Shown here: positions 1-9,334 of the stretch, piece after piece
Position numbering within the stretch: the stretch's first letter is position 1
Layout: each line of letters opens with the position of its first letter
UHGV virus genome: UHGV-0145637
DNA length: 39,764 nucleotides
Reading direction: 5' to 3' (one strand)
DNA from: a virus
Notes under the pieces: model-generated
What the model saw: only the letters and a program-made list of their open reading frames with translations
What the model was told of the DNA's origin: nothing
The model's database searches: none
Made by a program: the position numbers and the translations under genes

Positions 1-54
1 GGCATACGAGATCTAGTACGGTCGCGTGGGCTCGGAGATGTGTATAAGAGACAG
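1..54. other. Illumina Nextera index adapter plus Tn5 mosaic end (library artefact, not biological)
   Basis: Starts GGCATACGAGAT, then an 8-nt index-like block, then ...GGGCTCGG and AGATGTGTATAAGAGACAG (Tn5 mosaic end). Confidence 0.9.
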
Positions 55-101
55 GGTGAAATCACCTGTAAGATACTGAAATAAAACAGGTGATGTCTGG
101 A

Positions 102-185
102 TGAGCGCTTAAAGTCTATTTGATATCGATTGTGCAATAATTAATCGTTTATTCTAAAATCGGCAAAACTTTTGATACTGCGATC
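102..185. repeat. Left-end region with putative transposase-binding repeats (attL-like)
   Basis: TTTGATAT at 118-125 and TTTGATAC at 171-178 are the reverse complement of GTATCAAA motifs repeated three times at the right end. Confidence 0.45.
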
Positions 186-256
186 TCAACTTTTTAAAGC
201 GTTTAAAACTTCATTAAATCTATATGGCAACTAACATACGGGCCAGCCTCGCCAAA

Positions 257-787
257 CTAACCCGCTTTAGATTCTACCGGATTTGATTGCCTACTTGTCT
301 CGGTTTTTTCCAAAATCTCTCTGACGCAATCGTCTGGCATATCTACAATCATCAACGCAGCCAGGCGCTTCCTGCCTTCTAGTTGTAATAAATCTTGGTT
401 TTCTTTATTCAGCAGTGTCAGAACCGTCTCTACACCTTTGCGAGCAAGGAGATTGGTTAACTGTTCTCGTTCGTCTTTCGTAAGGAATGAAAGCATCTGT
501 GTAAGCTGATCTCCCTTATCACCAGAACAACCAAAATTACCATAAATACCAATATCGTTTGGTAATTCACCCTTGCCCTCTTTAAGCCACTCAAGACTAA
601 CGCCTTCACTTTCAGAAATTCGTATAAGGATACTTTCTCTGGGGGCTGGTTGTGTTTGTCCTCCCTTGAAATAGCTGTTTAATGTGTTGATATTGATTCC
701 CCACGCTCTGGCAGCTGCACTTCTTGAAGGGTAGCGCTTTGTAAGCATTCCAATACGTTCAATAACAGGTTCTTTTCCCTGCGACAT
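257..787 (-). CDS. Prophage repressor with HTH, in the position of Mu c
   Basis: Leftward ORF just left of ner. HTH-like stretch AAARAWGININTLNSYFKGG. Start taken at MSQGKEP with AAGAGG RBS upstream; the track ORF extends further but lacks an RBS. Confidence 0.6.
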   Translation of the reverse strand: MSQGKEPVIERIGMLTKRYPSRSAAARAWGININTLNSYFKGGQTQPAPRESILIRISESEGVSLEWLKEGKGELPNDIGIYGNFGCSGDKGDQLTQMLSFLTKDEREQLTNLLARKGVETVLTLLNKENQDLLQLEGRKRLAALMIVDMPDDCVREILEKTETSRQSNPVESKAG

Positions 788-977
788 AAAGATACCTCTT
801 GGTGCTTTTCTAAGGAAAGGTTTCTTTCTATTTATCCAATTGAAAAATAAGGATAAAAGCAAAAATTAGCCAAAATACCAAAAATACCTTGATTTGGTAT
901 TTTTGGTGATGCATTATTTACCCGTACAGATATCCGCACGAATATCCGCGCGGGTAACTTTTTAGAATAGAGGAAGT
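788..977. promoter_or_regulatory. Divergent repressor/early promoter-operator region
   Basis: AT-rich intergenic region with inverted repeat ACCAAAAATACC...GGTATTTTTGGT and tandem ATATCCGC repeats; position matches Mu Pe/Pc operators. Confidence 0.5.
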
Positions 978-1226
978 ATGAGTAGAAGAGAAGTTTCAGA
1001 TCACGATTGGCCGCCTGAAATCATCAAGGCGCGCTTACACATGGCTGGCTTATCACTGCGCTCTTTATCTTTAAAGGCTGGTTACAGCAGGGATTCGCTG
1101 AAAAGCGTATTACGTACTCCTTGCCGACCGTATCAGCAAATAATTGCTGATGCTCTTGGGGTATCACCTGAAGAAATCTGGCCCAGTCGATACCAGGTTA
1201 AGAGCTATATGAGAAAGGCGTCATGA
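978..1226 (+). CDS. ner: Ner-like DNA-binding early regulator (Ner/Nlp family)
   Basis: 82 aa; motifs ...LSLRSLSLKAGYS... and QQIIADALGVSPEEIWPSRYQ closely resemble Mu Ner as recalled; lies immediately upstream of the transposase gene. Confidence 0.85.
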   Translation: MSRREVSDHDWPPEIIKARLHMAGLSLRSLSLKAGYSRDSLKSVLRTPCRPYQQIIADALGVSPEEIWPSRYQVKSYMRKAS

Positions 1227-1227
1227 T

Positions 1228-3318
1228 ATGTATGTCATTGCAAAAGAACTGATTGGCGCGCCCGGAATGCCTGCTACAACAAAAGGTATTCGCCAGGCAT
1301 TACAACGTTACGTACAAGGGAAAAGCTGTTGTTCCCGTCGTCGCTCAGGCTCTAAAGCAACTGAATACAGCATCGACTGTTTACCTGAAGTGACGCAGCA
1401 GGCATTACGTGAACGCTACGCCCTGCAACTGATGACGCAAAAAGCCGATGAATCACCGGCTCCGGTGGTGACAAAGGCCAGACGCTCACCTGCCGTGGTT
1501 GATGCGGTGGAGGCATATCGCGGATCACCCCAACTGATGGTCGAACGCCTCAATGCCCTGACTGAAAACCAACGTAAAGTGGCAGAGGCACGAATAGCGA
1601 TCGTCAGCGAGGTGCTGAAAATCGCGCAACAACCCGGCTTTAGTTGCGCTAAGGCTATCCGGTTCCTCGTTAACAGCCTGGCACGATCACAACTGGACGA
1701 GCGCATTGTGGCAATGGTTGAGACGGCGAACGCCAAAAAGGGAAACAGCCGCGCGTTGAGTGAAATCACGCTGAAACGCTGGATTGCGGCCTTTAACAAG
1801 GCACAGAACGCCGCTGAACGCCTGCTTTTACTGGCACCGGGTAAACGCCAGGAAATAAAAGCCGAAGATATTAACTGGCTGCCCGAATTTCTGGCGCAGT
1901 ATCGCCAGTCAAACGGCCGACCAATGACCGAGGCTTACGAGGATTTTGTTGCTGAATGGCAGCACCGGCACGCTGATGAGCCTTATATGCTCGATATCAT
2001 GCCCTCTTATGACACCATTCGCCGCGCAATGAAGAAACTGCCGGAAGTGGTGAAACAAAAAGGCCGGGTAACTGGCAGTGAATACCGTCAGCTTGAGGGA
2101 TTCACGCGCCGCGACTGGTCCAGAATGCCGGTGAATTATGTCTGGATTGGTGACGGTCACGGCATGAAGCTGAAATGCGCGCACCCGGTTCACGGGCGGC
2201 CATTCGCACCGGAAGTGACCTTTGTTATCGACGGTGGCACGCGCTTTGTGGTGGGCTGGAGCCTTGACCTGGCTGAAAATGTTTTCGCCGTAGCCGGTGC
2301 CATACAGCACGGTATTCGCCATCATGGCAAACCGTTTCTGTATTACTCGGATAATGGCTCCGGGGAAACCGCCGACGTCCTGGATAAGGAGATTGTGGGG
2401 ATACTGCCACGACTGGGGATTAATCACCCGACAGGGATTGCCGGTAATCCGCAGGGACGGGGCATTATCGAACGGCTTAACCGCACATTACCGATGCGCA
2501 TAGCCCGTAAATACCGCACCTATTTCGGGAAAGGAGCAGATCGCGAGACGTTACGTAAAACCAACCGCGATTTACGCTCGGCATTCAGTGCCCTGCAACA
2601 GGGCAAACGGCTGAACGCCCGGCAGCAGTCAGCGATGCGTGATTTACCGTCCTGGTCTGAACTGATTGATGCCATTCGTGACGGTGTTGAGTGGTACAAC
2701 AACCGGCCGCACGATGAATTACCCATGAAGCCGAACGGTAAACATTACAGCCCGGCGGAGTTCAGAAAAAAACGCCTGGCGGAAGAGGACACGGAAATTG
2801 AATGGCTGTCCGATGTTGAACTGCGGGATATGTTCCGGCCGATGGTGGAGCGCCCTGTAAGACGCTGTGAAATACGCTGGCTGAATAATATTTACTACGC
2901 GCCCGAGCTGCGTGACGAGCATGGCCGTAAGGTACTTATCAGCTATGACATTCATGATGCCGAACGAATTACCGTGCGCCGCCCGGATGGCAGCGTGATT
3001 TGCGAGGCGGTATGGGACGGCAATAAACGCGAAGCCTTCCCTGTCAGCGCGGAATACTACAAACAGCAGCAGCGCCTTAAAGGCATGCGTAAACGCGCAG
3101 AGGAAAAAATCCGTGATGCCGAGGATGAGGTTGTCAACGTGCTGGAGCACAAGCCGCAGGAGCCCTGGCTGGAAAACATATACCGCCCTGTGGGTAATAC
3201 GGTGACCGTTCAGCAACCGGTCGCTGACGATGAACCTGATGAAGAATACGAGCGTAATTTCCAGCGGGGATTGCAACTGCTCGAAGCGAAATTAAAAGAA
3301 AGTGATCCGCTGGCCTGA
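1228..3318 (+). CDS. A: Mu-type DDE transposase A
   Basis: 696 aa (Mu A is 663 aa); position after ner and before the B ATPase; start overlaps ner stop. Confidence 0.85.
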   Translation: MYVIAKELIGAPGMPATTKGIRQALQRYVQGKSCCSRRRSGSKATEYSIDCLPEVTQQALRERYALQLMTQKADESPAPVVTKARRSPAVVDAVEAYRGSPQLMVERLNALTENQRKVAEARIAIVSEVLKIAQQPGFSCAKAIRFLVNSLARSQLDERIVAMVETANAKKGNSRALSEITLKRWIAAFNKAQNAAERLLLLAPGKRQEIKAEDINWLPEFLAQYRQSNGRPMTEAYEDFVAEWQHRHADEPYMLDIMPSYDTIRRAMKKLPEVVKQKGRVTGSEYRQLEGFTRRDWSRMPVNYVWIGDGHGMKLKCAHPVHGRPFAPEVTFVIDGGTRFVVGWSLDLAENVFAVAGAIQHGIRHHGKPFLYYSDNGSGETADVLDKEIVGILPRLGINHPTGIAGNPQGRGIIERLNRTLPMRIARKYRTYFGKGADRETLRKTNRDLRSAFSALQQGKRLNARQQSAMRDLPSWSELIDAIRDGVEWYNNRPHDELPMKPNGKHYSPAEFRKKRLAEEDTEIEWLSDVELRDMFRPMVERPVRRCEIRWLNNIYYAPELRDEHGRKVLISYDIHDAERITVRRPDGSVICEAVWDGNKREAFPVSAEYYKQQQRLKGMRKRAEEKIRDAEDEVVNVLEHKPQEPWLENIYRPVGNTVTVQQPVADDEPDEEYERNFQRGLQLLEAKLKESDPLA

Positions 3319-3400
3319 AATAAAAAAATAACCCGAGGGGTGACTCAGGTTATTTGAGGTTTCAGTCTCGGAGAATGCTGTCTCAAGCGAGGTGAATAAT

Positions 3401-4333
3401 ATGACCGATATTAACGATGTAATCAAGACCATTGATGAACTTATTGATGGCGGCGTACTGACGCAGTATGCCATCGCCAGAGAGGCGGGAATTTCCGACG
3501 GCACATTATCGGCTTTCCGTAAGGGAAAATATAAAGGCGATAACGCTGCTGTGGCTGCTTCCCTGCGCTCCTGGTATGAGAACTGGAATAAACAAAGCGC
3601 ACTGCCGGAACCGCCGCAGTTTGTGGAAACTCAGACAGTCCAGGAGCTGCGCGCACTGTTTCAGGCGGTTCGCCTGATGGGCTGTATTAACGTTATTGTG
3701 GGCGTACCGGGTGTGGGTAAAACGGCCACTGCCCGTAATTACTGCCAGGAGCAACCAAACACCTGGATGATCACCCTGTCACCCGCGCACTCCAGCGTCA
3801 CGGAGTGTCTGCTGGAGCTGGCCGATGCGCTGGGGATTGATTACACCCGCGCGAACAAAGGGGCATTATCCCGCGCCATCCGCCGTCGCCTGATGGGAAC
3901 GCGTGGACTGGTGATTGTGGATGAGGCGGATCATCTTGGTATTGACGGTCTGGAGCAACTCCGGGCAATTCAGGACGCCACGGGGATCGGGATGGTGCTT
4001 ATTGGTAACCCGCGCGGATTGTTTAAAGGTGGACGCCGCGCCTTTGATGATTTATCGCGCCTGTTCAGCCGTCTTGCCCGTACAAAACAACTTCGCAAGG
4101 CCAAAAAGGCGGATGTGCTGGCCATTGCCATGGCGTGGGGGATCAGTGGTGAGGCCGAGCTGGCCGTCATGCAGGCTATCGCTGAAAAGCCGGGAGCGTT
4201 ACGCGTTCTGACACATACGCTTAACCAGGCGTGGCTCACCGCCAGCGGTGAAGGCGCGGCGCTGACAGAAAAACATATTAATGCGGCCTTTAAAGAGGTT
4301 TATACCAACCCTGAATTACTCTCACAGGTGTGA
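3401..4333 (+). CDS. B: Transposition ATPase / target DNA activator B
   Basis: Walker A GVPGVGKT; N-terminal HTH; overall resemblance to MuB as recalled; GAGGTG RBS 7 nt before the ATG at 3401. Confidence 0.85.
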   Translation: MTDINDVIKTIDELIDGGVLTQYAIAREAGISDGTLSAFRKGKYKGDNAAVAASLRSWYENWNKQSALPEPPQFVETQTVQELRALFQAVRLMGCINVIVGVPGVGKTATARNYCQEQPNTWMITLSPAHSSVTECLLELADALGIDYTRANKGALSRAIRRRLMGTRGLVIVDEADHLGIDGLEQLRAIQDATGIGMVLIGNPRGLFKGGRRAFDDLSRLFSRLARTKQLRKAKKADVLAIAMAWGISGEAELAVMQAIAEKPGALRVLTHTLNQAWLTASGEGAALTEKHINAAFKEVYTNPELLSQV

Positions 4334-4335
4334 TT

Positions 4336-4557
4336 ATGGCGGTATTTAATATTCCTGATATTTACGGACGCTTTTACTTGGTTAATTTCGATAACGTGAA
4401 GGTGATTTCACTGGCCGAAAATAAAGAATGTGGCGATTTACTTTTTGAATTTAATGACCGCACACGAATGGTGATATCTGCCGGACTTGATCGCGAAGGT
4501 GCGACAGAAGTTTACAGCGGAATATGCCGTTCTGTTGGTGCGAAACAAGTCAGCTAA
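4336..4557 (+). CDS. Small early protein, 74 aa, in the position of Mu kil
   Basis: ORF directly after B, AGGTG RBS; function assigned by position only. Confidence 0.4.
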   Translation: MAVFNIPDIYGRFYLVNFDNVKVISLAENKECGDLLFEFNDRTRMVISAGLDREGATEVYSGICRSVGAKQVS

Positions 4558-4569
4558 ATGAGGTGTTAT

Positions 4570-4824
4570 ATGAATATGCAATCCTGCGGTAACAAAATGA
4601 ATTTATTCGACTCCCTGAACAGCGCGCGCCGTCTGACCGAACTTGCCGGTGCGGTACTGGAACGCAGTAAGCGCTATCCGCAACGTTTTGCACTGAAAAC
4701 CACGCCGCCGGTAGGCAACGTGCAGGGAACCGGTGAAATTGAAATCACCATACAGACCAACGGCCTGCGCCGCCGTGTGAAGGCCACCCGCATCAGCGGC
4801 TGCACGGTTTACTGGGAGGTGTGA
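4570..4824 (+). CDS. Hypothetical early protein
   Basis: ORF in early operon with RBS; no recognisable motif. Confidence 0.4.
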   Translation: MNMQSCGNKMNLFDSLNSARRLTELAGAVLERSKRYPQRFALKTTPPVGNVQGTGEIEITIQTNGLRRRVKATRISGCTVYWEV

Positions 4825-4825
4825 G

Positions 4826-5107
4826 GTGAAAAAAAATCTCATTGCATGGGCGTGGTCGAGTGGTCTTATTGAGTTTGGTTACGTCCTGCCGGAAGGTGCA
4901 TTGCCGATAGTTGCCGGAAAGCCTGCCACGGTACGGCATGTGATTGAGGTTATGGCGCGTCATGGACGTGATGAACAGGAGCAGTTACTGGTTCCGGGGA
5001 TACCGGAAGCGGTGACGGAGGAAGAAGCCTTTAATGCCATGATTCGGTTCTGCCGTGAGGTTAGACGCCGGGTCAGTTATCCAAACAGAACGAGGACCAG
5101 AGGATGA
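4826..5107 (+). CDS. Hypothetical early protein (GTG start)
   Basis: GGGAGGTG RBS before GTG; tightly packed with neighbours. Confidence 0.4.
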   Translation: MKKNLIAWAWSSGLIEFGYVLPEGALPIVAGKPATVRHVIEVMARHGRDEQEQLLVPGIPEAVTEEEAFNAMIRFCREVRRRVSYPNRTRTRG

Positions 5108-5376
5108 GTAAAGTCGTACGCATTATTTTCGAATACAAGGAAGATGTTATCTGCAAAAACTCTGATGGCAGCACGCACAGAGGGGTAAGTCTGGATATAC
5201 GTTCAACCGGAATAAAGAAGAAAGATAATGGACCCGCCATGATTTTTGGGGTGGTTATGCTGGCAGAAAGCAGAAACTTCGCAGAGTTTGTGGCAATGAA
5301 AGCCAGTGCATTCATGAAAGACAGAGGCATGGCTTCCGGGGTTATTAACGGTAATGAATTTAATCAACAGGGGTAA
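5104..5376 (+). CDS. Hypothetical early protein, paralogue 1
   Basis: Starts MSKVVRIIFEY; paralogous to the next gene (MSKVRVIFEF). Confidence 0.45.
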   Translation: MSKVVRIIFEYKEDVICKNSDGSTHRGVSLDIRSTGIKKKDNGPAMIFGVVMLAESRNFAEFVAMKASAFMKDRGMASGVINGNEFNQQG

Positions 5377-5380
5377 TTCC

Positions 5381-5674
5381 ATGAGCAAAGTACGCGTTAT
5401 TTTTGAATTTAATCATGTTTCGCATGACGAAAAGTTGGCAGGCAATGACTGTGTTGAAGTGCATGAAAAGATTGGAGTGGATGTGAAAACAGAACGTGAT
5501 ACGGATAACAGGCCGACGTCACTCTGTGACGTTTATGCAAGTATTCTCCAGTATCACAGTCCTGCAATTATTCAGTTTCTCTCAGCGGAATTTCAGGCAT
5601 CTGCACAGTCTTTTGGAGCGGATGCCATCATTAAACGCCACCGCGTGCATAAAGCATCAGGCACACTGCAATAA
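5381..5674 (+). CDS. Hypothetical early protein, paralogue 2
   Basis: Start taken at the internal MSKVRVIFEF, matching the N-terminus of the preceding paralogue. Confidence 0.45.
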   Translation: MSKVRVIFEFNHVSHDEKLAGNDCVEVHEKIGVDVKTERDTDNRPTSLCDVYASILQYHSPAIIQFLSAEFQASAQSFGADAIIKRHRVHKASGTLQ

Positions 5675-5685
5675 GGAAAAACAAA

Positions 5686-6216
5686 ATGGCTAAACGCGTT
5701 ACAAAATTAAAGGCCGCAGCCGAGGCGGCACCGCAGACCCGGGAAGAAGTCAGCCGTGATATCCGCACCCTGGGAGATATTCAGCGAGAGGCGCTGCGCC
5801 TGGAAACGGCGATGAATGACGAAGTGGCAGAAATCACCGCCCGTTATACGCCGCAGATTGAAAATCTTAAAAAGCAAATCAAAGTGCTTTTTAAAGGGAT
5901 TCAGGACTGGTGCAAAACCAACCGTGATGAGCTGACGAACGGCGGCAAAACCAAAACAGCCAATCTGACCACCGGAACGGTGTCATGGCGGCTGGGAACG
6001 CCATCATGCAGCGTCAGCCGTGATGTGGAAGGTGTGATTGAAATGCTGCGCCGTATGGGGCTTGAGCGTTTCATCCGCACGAAAGAGGAAGTGAACAAGG
6101 AAGCCGTCCTGGCGGAGCCGGATGCTGTGAAAGGCATTGCCGGTATCAAGGTGAATAAAGGCGCTGAAAGTTTTTATGTCGAGCCTTTTGAACAGGACGC
6201 CGGACTGAATAAATAA
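5686..6216 (+). CDS. gam: Gam-like host-nuclease inhibitor (DNA end-binding)
   Basis: 176 aa; conserved stretches RDELTNGGKTKTANLTTGTVSWR and LERFIRTKEEVNKEA match Mu Gam as recalled. Confidence 0.85.
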   Translation: MAKRVTKLKAAAEAAPQTREEVSRDIRTLGDIQREALRLETAMNDEVAEITARYTPQIENLKKQIKVLFKGIQDWCKTNRDELTNGGKTKTANLTTGTVSWRLGTPSCSVSRDVEGVIEMLRRMGLERFIRTKEEVNKEAVLAEPDAVKGIAGIKVNKGAESFYVEPFEQDAGLNK

Positions 6217-6361
6217 CACCACATTAATCAATTAAATATCACTTCATTTTAATTATGGCGCTCGCGTCAGGGGACTGCTTGCGCCTGAAAACAGAAAATA
6301 AGGGTTAAGAAATATGAAATACGTTTATATCGTCATTAATAATGTGGTGGGGAAATAAATC

Positions 6362-6895
6362 ATGATTGATGCAAAAGTGCTTGAAGGGGTTAAAAACTGG
6401 CTGTGTATTTATGGCCGCCTGACCTGCGGTGTACTGGCTGAAAAAATGAATATGCCGCCATCCTCCATGGTTTATTTTCTGCGTGATGCGGTTGATGCAG
6501 GCGTGCTGACGGAATGTAACGGTTTTTATGATATTCCGCGCCCCCGCCCGGTGCAGCCGGTTCGTCGCAAATGCAGCCAGGAATCTGCGGCTGATGATGT
6601 TCAGTGGTGCGGCTTCAGAAAATCCCTGCCATGGATTGAGGGGCATGATATTCCGTCGATGGCGTGGGAATTTGCTCAGGGCGTTCTGACCTGTGAAACC
6701 GTTTATGTGGTGGCTGAAGTTGATGAGCAGGCCATGAAAGAAGGCGTGCCCCAGTTTGTGATGGCGTATATCGACATACGCCTGGGCGTCATTATCTGCG
6801 GTTTAAGCGGCTGGAATATCACTGAACATGTTCTGCGCTACCTGATTGTTGACCGGACAGCAGCGCCTGCCGGGATATCTGCGGAGGTGGCGTAA
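6362..6895 (+). CDS. Hypothetical protein
   Basis: 177-aa ORF, co-directional; no motif recognised. Confidence 0.4.
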   Translation: MIDAKVLEGVKNWLCIYGRLTCGVLAEKMNMPPSSMVYFLRDAVDAGVLTECNGFYDIPRPRPVQPVRRKCSQESAADDVQWCGFRKSLPWIEGHDIPSMAWEFAQGVLTCETVYVVAEVDEQAMKEGVPQFVMAYIDIRLGVIICGLSGWNITEHVLRYLIVDRTAAPAGISAEVA

Positions 6896-7410
6896 TGTTC
6901 TTTAAAACATCAAACCCTTCCGCGCTGGCTGCGTGGCAAAAATACCAGCAGGACTGCCAGAAAGTTAAGGATGAGGCAAAACGCCTTGAGGCCGTGCTGA
7001 ATGTTGCGTGCCGGTCGGTATTTGTATCCGGTATCAGTGGATTTTACTTTAAGGGACTGCGTTTTACGGAGGACAAATATCCTTTTCATCGCGACTTATG
7101 GCGAAAACCGACTGCGTCGAATGGCTGGAGCTGCACACCGCGCACATCACGTATCCCTAAAACCCTGCGTGTTGCCTCTGATGAACTGAACAGTCTGTGG
7201 CGTGAATATTCGCCCGTCACGTATGCCAGAACCGATGCGCTGTTGTTCTGGTTGGGTATTGATTTCTCGGCAATCCTGTTTGGCCCTGTGAAGTGGTTCT
7301 GCGTTGACGATGTGATTTACCTTCAGTGCGGCGTAAAACCCGCAAAACAGAAAATGACCGAAATACTGTCTGATGAGTTTTATGCTGCTGAAAAGCGAGT
7401 CAGGGGGTGA
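6895..7410 (+). CDS. Hypothetical protein
   Basis: 171-aa ORF, start overlaps upstream stop. Confidence 0.4.
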   Translation: MFFKTSNPSALAAWQKYQQDCQKVKDEAKRLEAVLNVACRSVFVSGISGFYFKGLRFTEDKYPFHRDLWRKPTASNGWSCTPRTSRIPKTLRVASDELNSLWREYSPVTYARTDALLFWLGIDFSAILFGPVKWFCVDDVIYLQCGVKPAKQKMTEILSDEFYAAEKRVRG

Positions 7411-7413
7411 TGC

Positions 7414-7965
7414 ATGATGAAATTACAACCCATGGGACTAAAAGGTCGCGCCCCCGCTCATGTCCGTCCGTGGACACCTGAAGAAGATGCGCTGCTGATT
7501 GCGCTTTATTCATCCACCCCGGTTAAGGATATTGCTGCCAGAATAAAAAGAACTGTCTGGGCTGTATATAACCGGACTGGTGTATTGCGCAGTTCATACC
7601 CGGAGTTACTGAAATATAAACACCCAAGATTTACACCTGATGAAGATAAGTTTATTCGAAAAAATGCCAGAACAATGACCTGCCAGCAAATGGGAGAATA
7701 TCTCGGACGTAATAAAGATTCTGTCAGATGTCGGGCAGGAATGATTGGTGCTGGATTAACAAAGTGCGGAGAGTTACGCCCCGGCACGCACATATCTGAT
7801 GATGATGTACGTCTTATACGTGCGCTGCGTGATTCCGATTACCCACGCCGTCTGTCATTCCGGGAAATTGGCGAAAAGTTTGGAATATCTGAACATTCTG
7901 CTCACGCAGTTTATTACCGTCGCCGGACTGCCGAGGACGCTGTATTACGGGAGTTAACGCCATGA
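7414..7965 (+). CDS. Putative DNA-binding protein with two Myb/SANT-like repeats and a C-terminal HTH-like segment
   Basis: Repeats WTPEEDALLIALY...IAARIKRT and FTPDEDKFIRKNAR...LGRNKDSVRCR fit the Myb/SANT pattern. Confidence 0.45.
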   Translation: MMKLQPMGLKGRAPAHVRPWTPEEDALLIALYSSTPVKDIAARIKRTVWAVYNRTGVLRSSYPELLKYKHPRFTPDEDKFIRKNARTMTCQQMGEYLGRNKDSVRCRAGMIGAGLTKCGELRPGTHISDDDVRLIRALRDSDYPRRLSFREIGEKFGISEHSAHAVYYRRRTAEDAVLRELTP

Positions 7966-8291
7966 TAACGACCTTATTTGTTGAATCAGATGAACCTCTT
8001 GTGTGTGCCGCCGGAATGCCGCTCTGTGGCGGAACGCTGACCGGTGTTTATTTCGGGGATTTACGCGGTTATCCCTGGCATTCACTGAATGATGCTTTCC
8101 CACCTGATATGGAGGCTGCCGTGCTGATTGTTCAGTATGGTCACCGTCAGGAGCTGCGCATCGGCCATATGGGGTATGAAGGCTTTTTTGTTGATGAAGA
8201 AACCGGAGCCTGCCTTGAAGATGAAGACGGACAGGTGACGCACTGGTGTCATATTTCGGCTTTACCGGAATTACGGGAGGTGAATGCGTGA
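7962..8291 (+). CDS. Hypothetical protein
   Basis: 109-aa ORF, start overlaps upstream stop. Confidence 0.4.
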   Translation: MITTLFVESDEPLVCAAGMPLCGGTLTGVYFGDLRGYPWHSLNDAFPPDMEAAVLIVQYGHRQELRIGHMGYEGFFVDEETGACLEDEDGQVTHWCHISALPELREVNA

Positions 8292-8638
8292 GAAGTTATA
8301 TTGATAATGAAAAGCTGGAGACAATAAGCGACTGTCTTAGCTTGCTGGCAAAAATCAAAGAAACTATTGAAGAGATTAAATTTCAGCTTGAATACGCACC
8401 ATGTGGCGATGATGCATGGCGTAATGCTGCCAGAAAAGCACTGGCTGTCTTTCAGAAACAACGCCGGGCTGTTGAATACCGCCTTGCTGTATTGCGCCAG
8501 GAGGAAAAGGAAAGAAATATAAGACGTCATGAACGCGTTAATGATTTCCTTGTTCGTGAATTAAAAGAGCGCGTGCCGGAGTCGGTGTTTTTTGAATGTG
8601 AGGCTATAGCCCGTAGCAAAGCACTGGAAACAGATTAA
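8288..8638 (+). CDS. Hypothetical protein (GTG start)
   Basis: GGAGGTG RBS then GTG overlapping the upstream stop (GTGA); AT-rich relative to the backbone. Confidence 0.4.
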   Translation: MRSYIDNEKLETISDCLSLLAKIKETIEEIKFQLEYAPCGDDAWRNAARKALAVFQKQRRAVEYRLAVLRQEEKERNIRRHERVNDFLVRELKERVPESVFFECEAIARSKALETD

Positions 8639-8653
8639 GCAGGCAGGTGAATA

Positions 8654-8962
8654 ATGAGTATTGAATTAAGATCGTCTTATGAATATCGCAAAATCCTTAT
8701 CGCCGGAGGCATGAAACCGGAAGATGCAGAGAAATTCGTTTCTTTTATGGATAAAGAATGTGACAAGCGGGATATGCCAGAAATTATTATGGATGACATG
8801 ATTCTGGATTCAGCCGTGGCGTTAAGTCCGTTATGGATTGTGCATACTCTTGCGGAAATAGCTAAAAGAAGTGACAAGCAGGCGGCTGTCGCCGCCCTGC
8901 GATTACTGGCTGAATTAAGTTGTTCAGTCAATCCCAATACGTTCTTTGACGAACCTGGTTAA
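8654..8962 (+). CDS. Hypothetical protein
   Basis: 102-aa ORF; its 3' end overlaps the convergent antisense gene. Confidence 0.4.
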   Translation: MSIELRSSYEYRKILIAGGMKPEDAEKFVSFMDKECDKRDMPEIIMDDMILDSAVALSPLWIVHTLAEIAKRSDKQAAVAALRLLAELSCSVNPNTFFDEPG

Positions 8963-9334
8963 CATTGATTTGGTAACTTCTTTAATTAGATCAAATGGTG
9001 CGTCTGTAAACTCCTTTTTGATTCTTTCAAGGATTGGTTTTTTTCTCAGGGCGTTAGCTAAATCATGCCCCTGCTGGGTAAGCATAATGGGCGTGTTTCT
9101 GAAACCAACGCCCAGAGAATGGAAAAAGAAACCAATATATTTGGGTGTTTCTGACTGCATATCACCATTAACAATTGAGCCATTATCAGCGAGAAGCATA
9201 AGATGAAAAACTTTTTTATCCTTTTCCTCTCCTTCTGCCTCAGCCATGCCCAGATCCTGTAGTGTAAGGAAAGGTGTTTCAGCATCCTGAAAAGTTGTGA
9301 GAATACTTAATACTTCATCGTAATCTATTTTCAT
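8924..9334 (-). CDS. Hypothetical protein encoded antisense to the early operon (moron candidate)
   Basis: 136-aa ORF on the opposite strand, markedly AT-rich, acidic N-terminal half. Confidence 0.5.
   Translation of the reverse strand: MKIDYDEVLSILTTFQDAETPFLTLQDLGMAEAEGEEKDKKVFHLMLLADNGSIVNGDMQSETPKYIGFFFHSLGVGFRNTPIMLTQQGHDLANALRKKPILERIKKEFTDAPFDLIKEVTKSMLTRFVKERIGID

Noticed and set aside
55-101. Left flank as the continuation of the nrdD gene interrupted at the right end
   Set aside because: The reverse-complement translation gives only a short, weak resemblance and then a stop; too little sequence to support a single-locus insertion.
1416-2427. Minus-strand ORFs of 127 and 172 aa inside the transposase gene
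   Set aside because: Antisense to a confidently identified long gene, with no independent start context.
6296-6361. 14-codon upstream mini-ORF (MKYVYIVINNVVGK) before gene 6362..6895
   Set aside because: Too short to assess; weak RBS; could be chance in an AT-rich leader.
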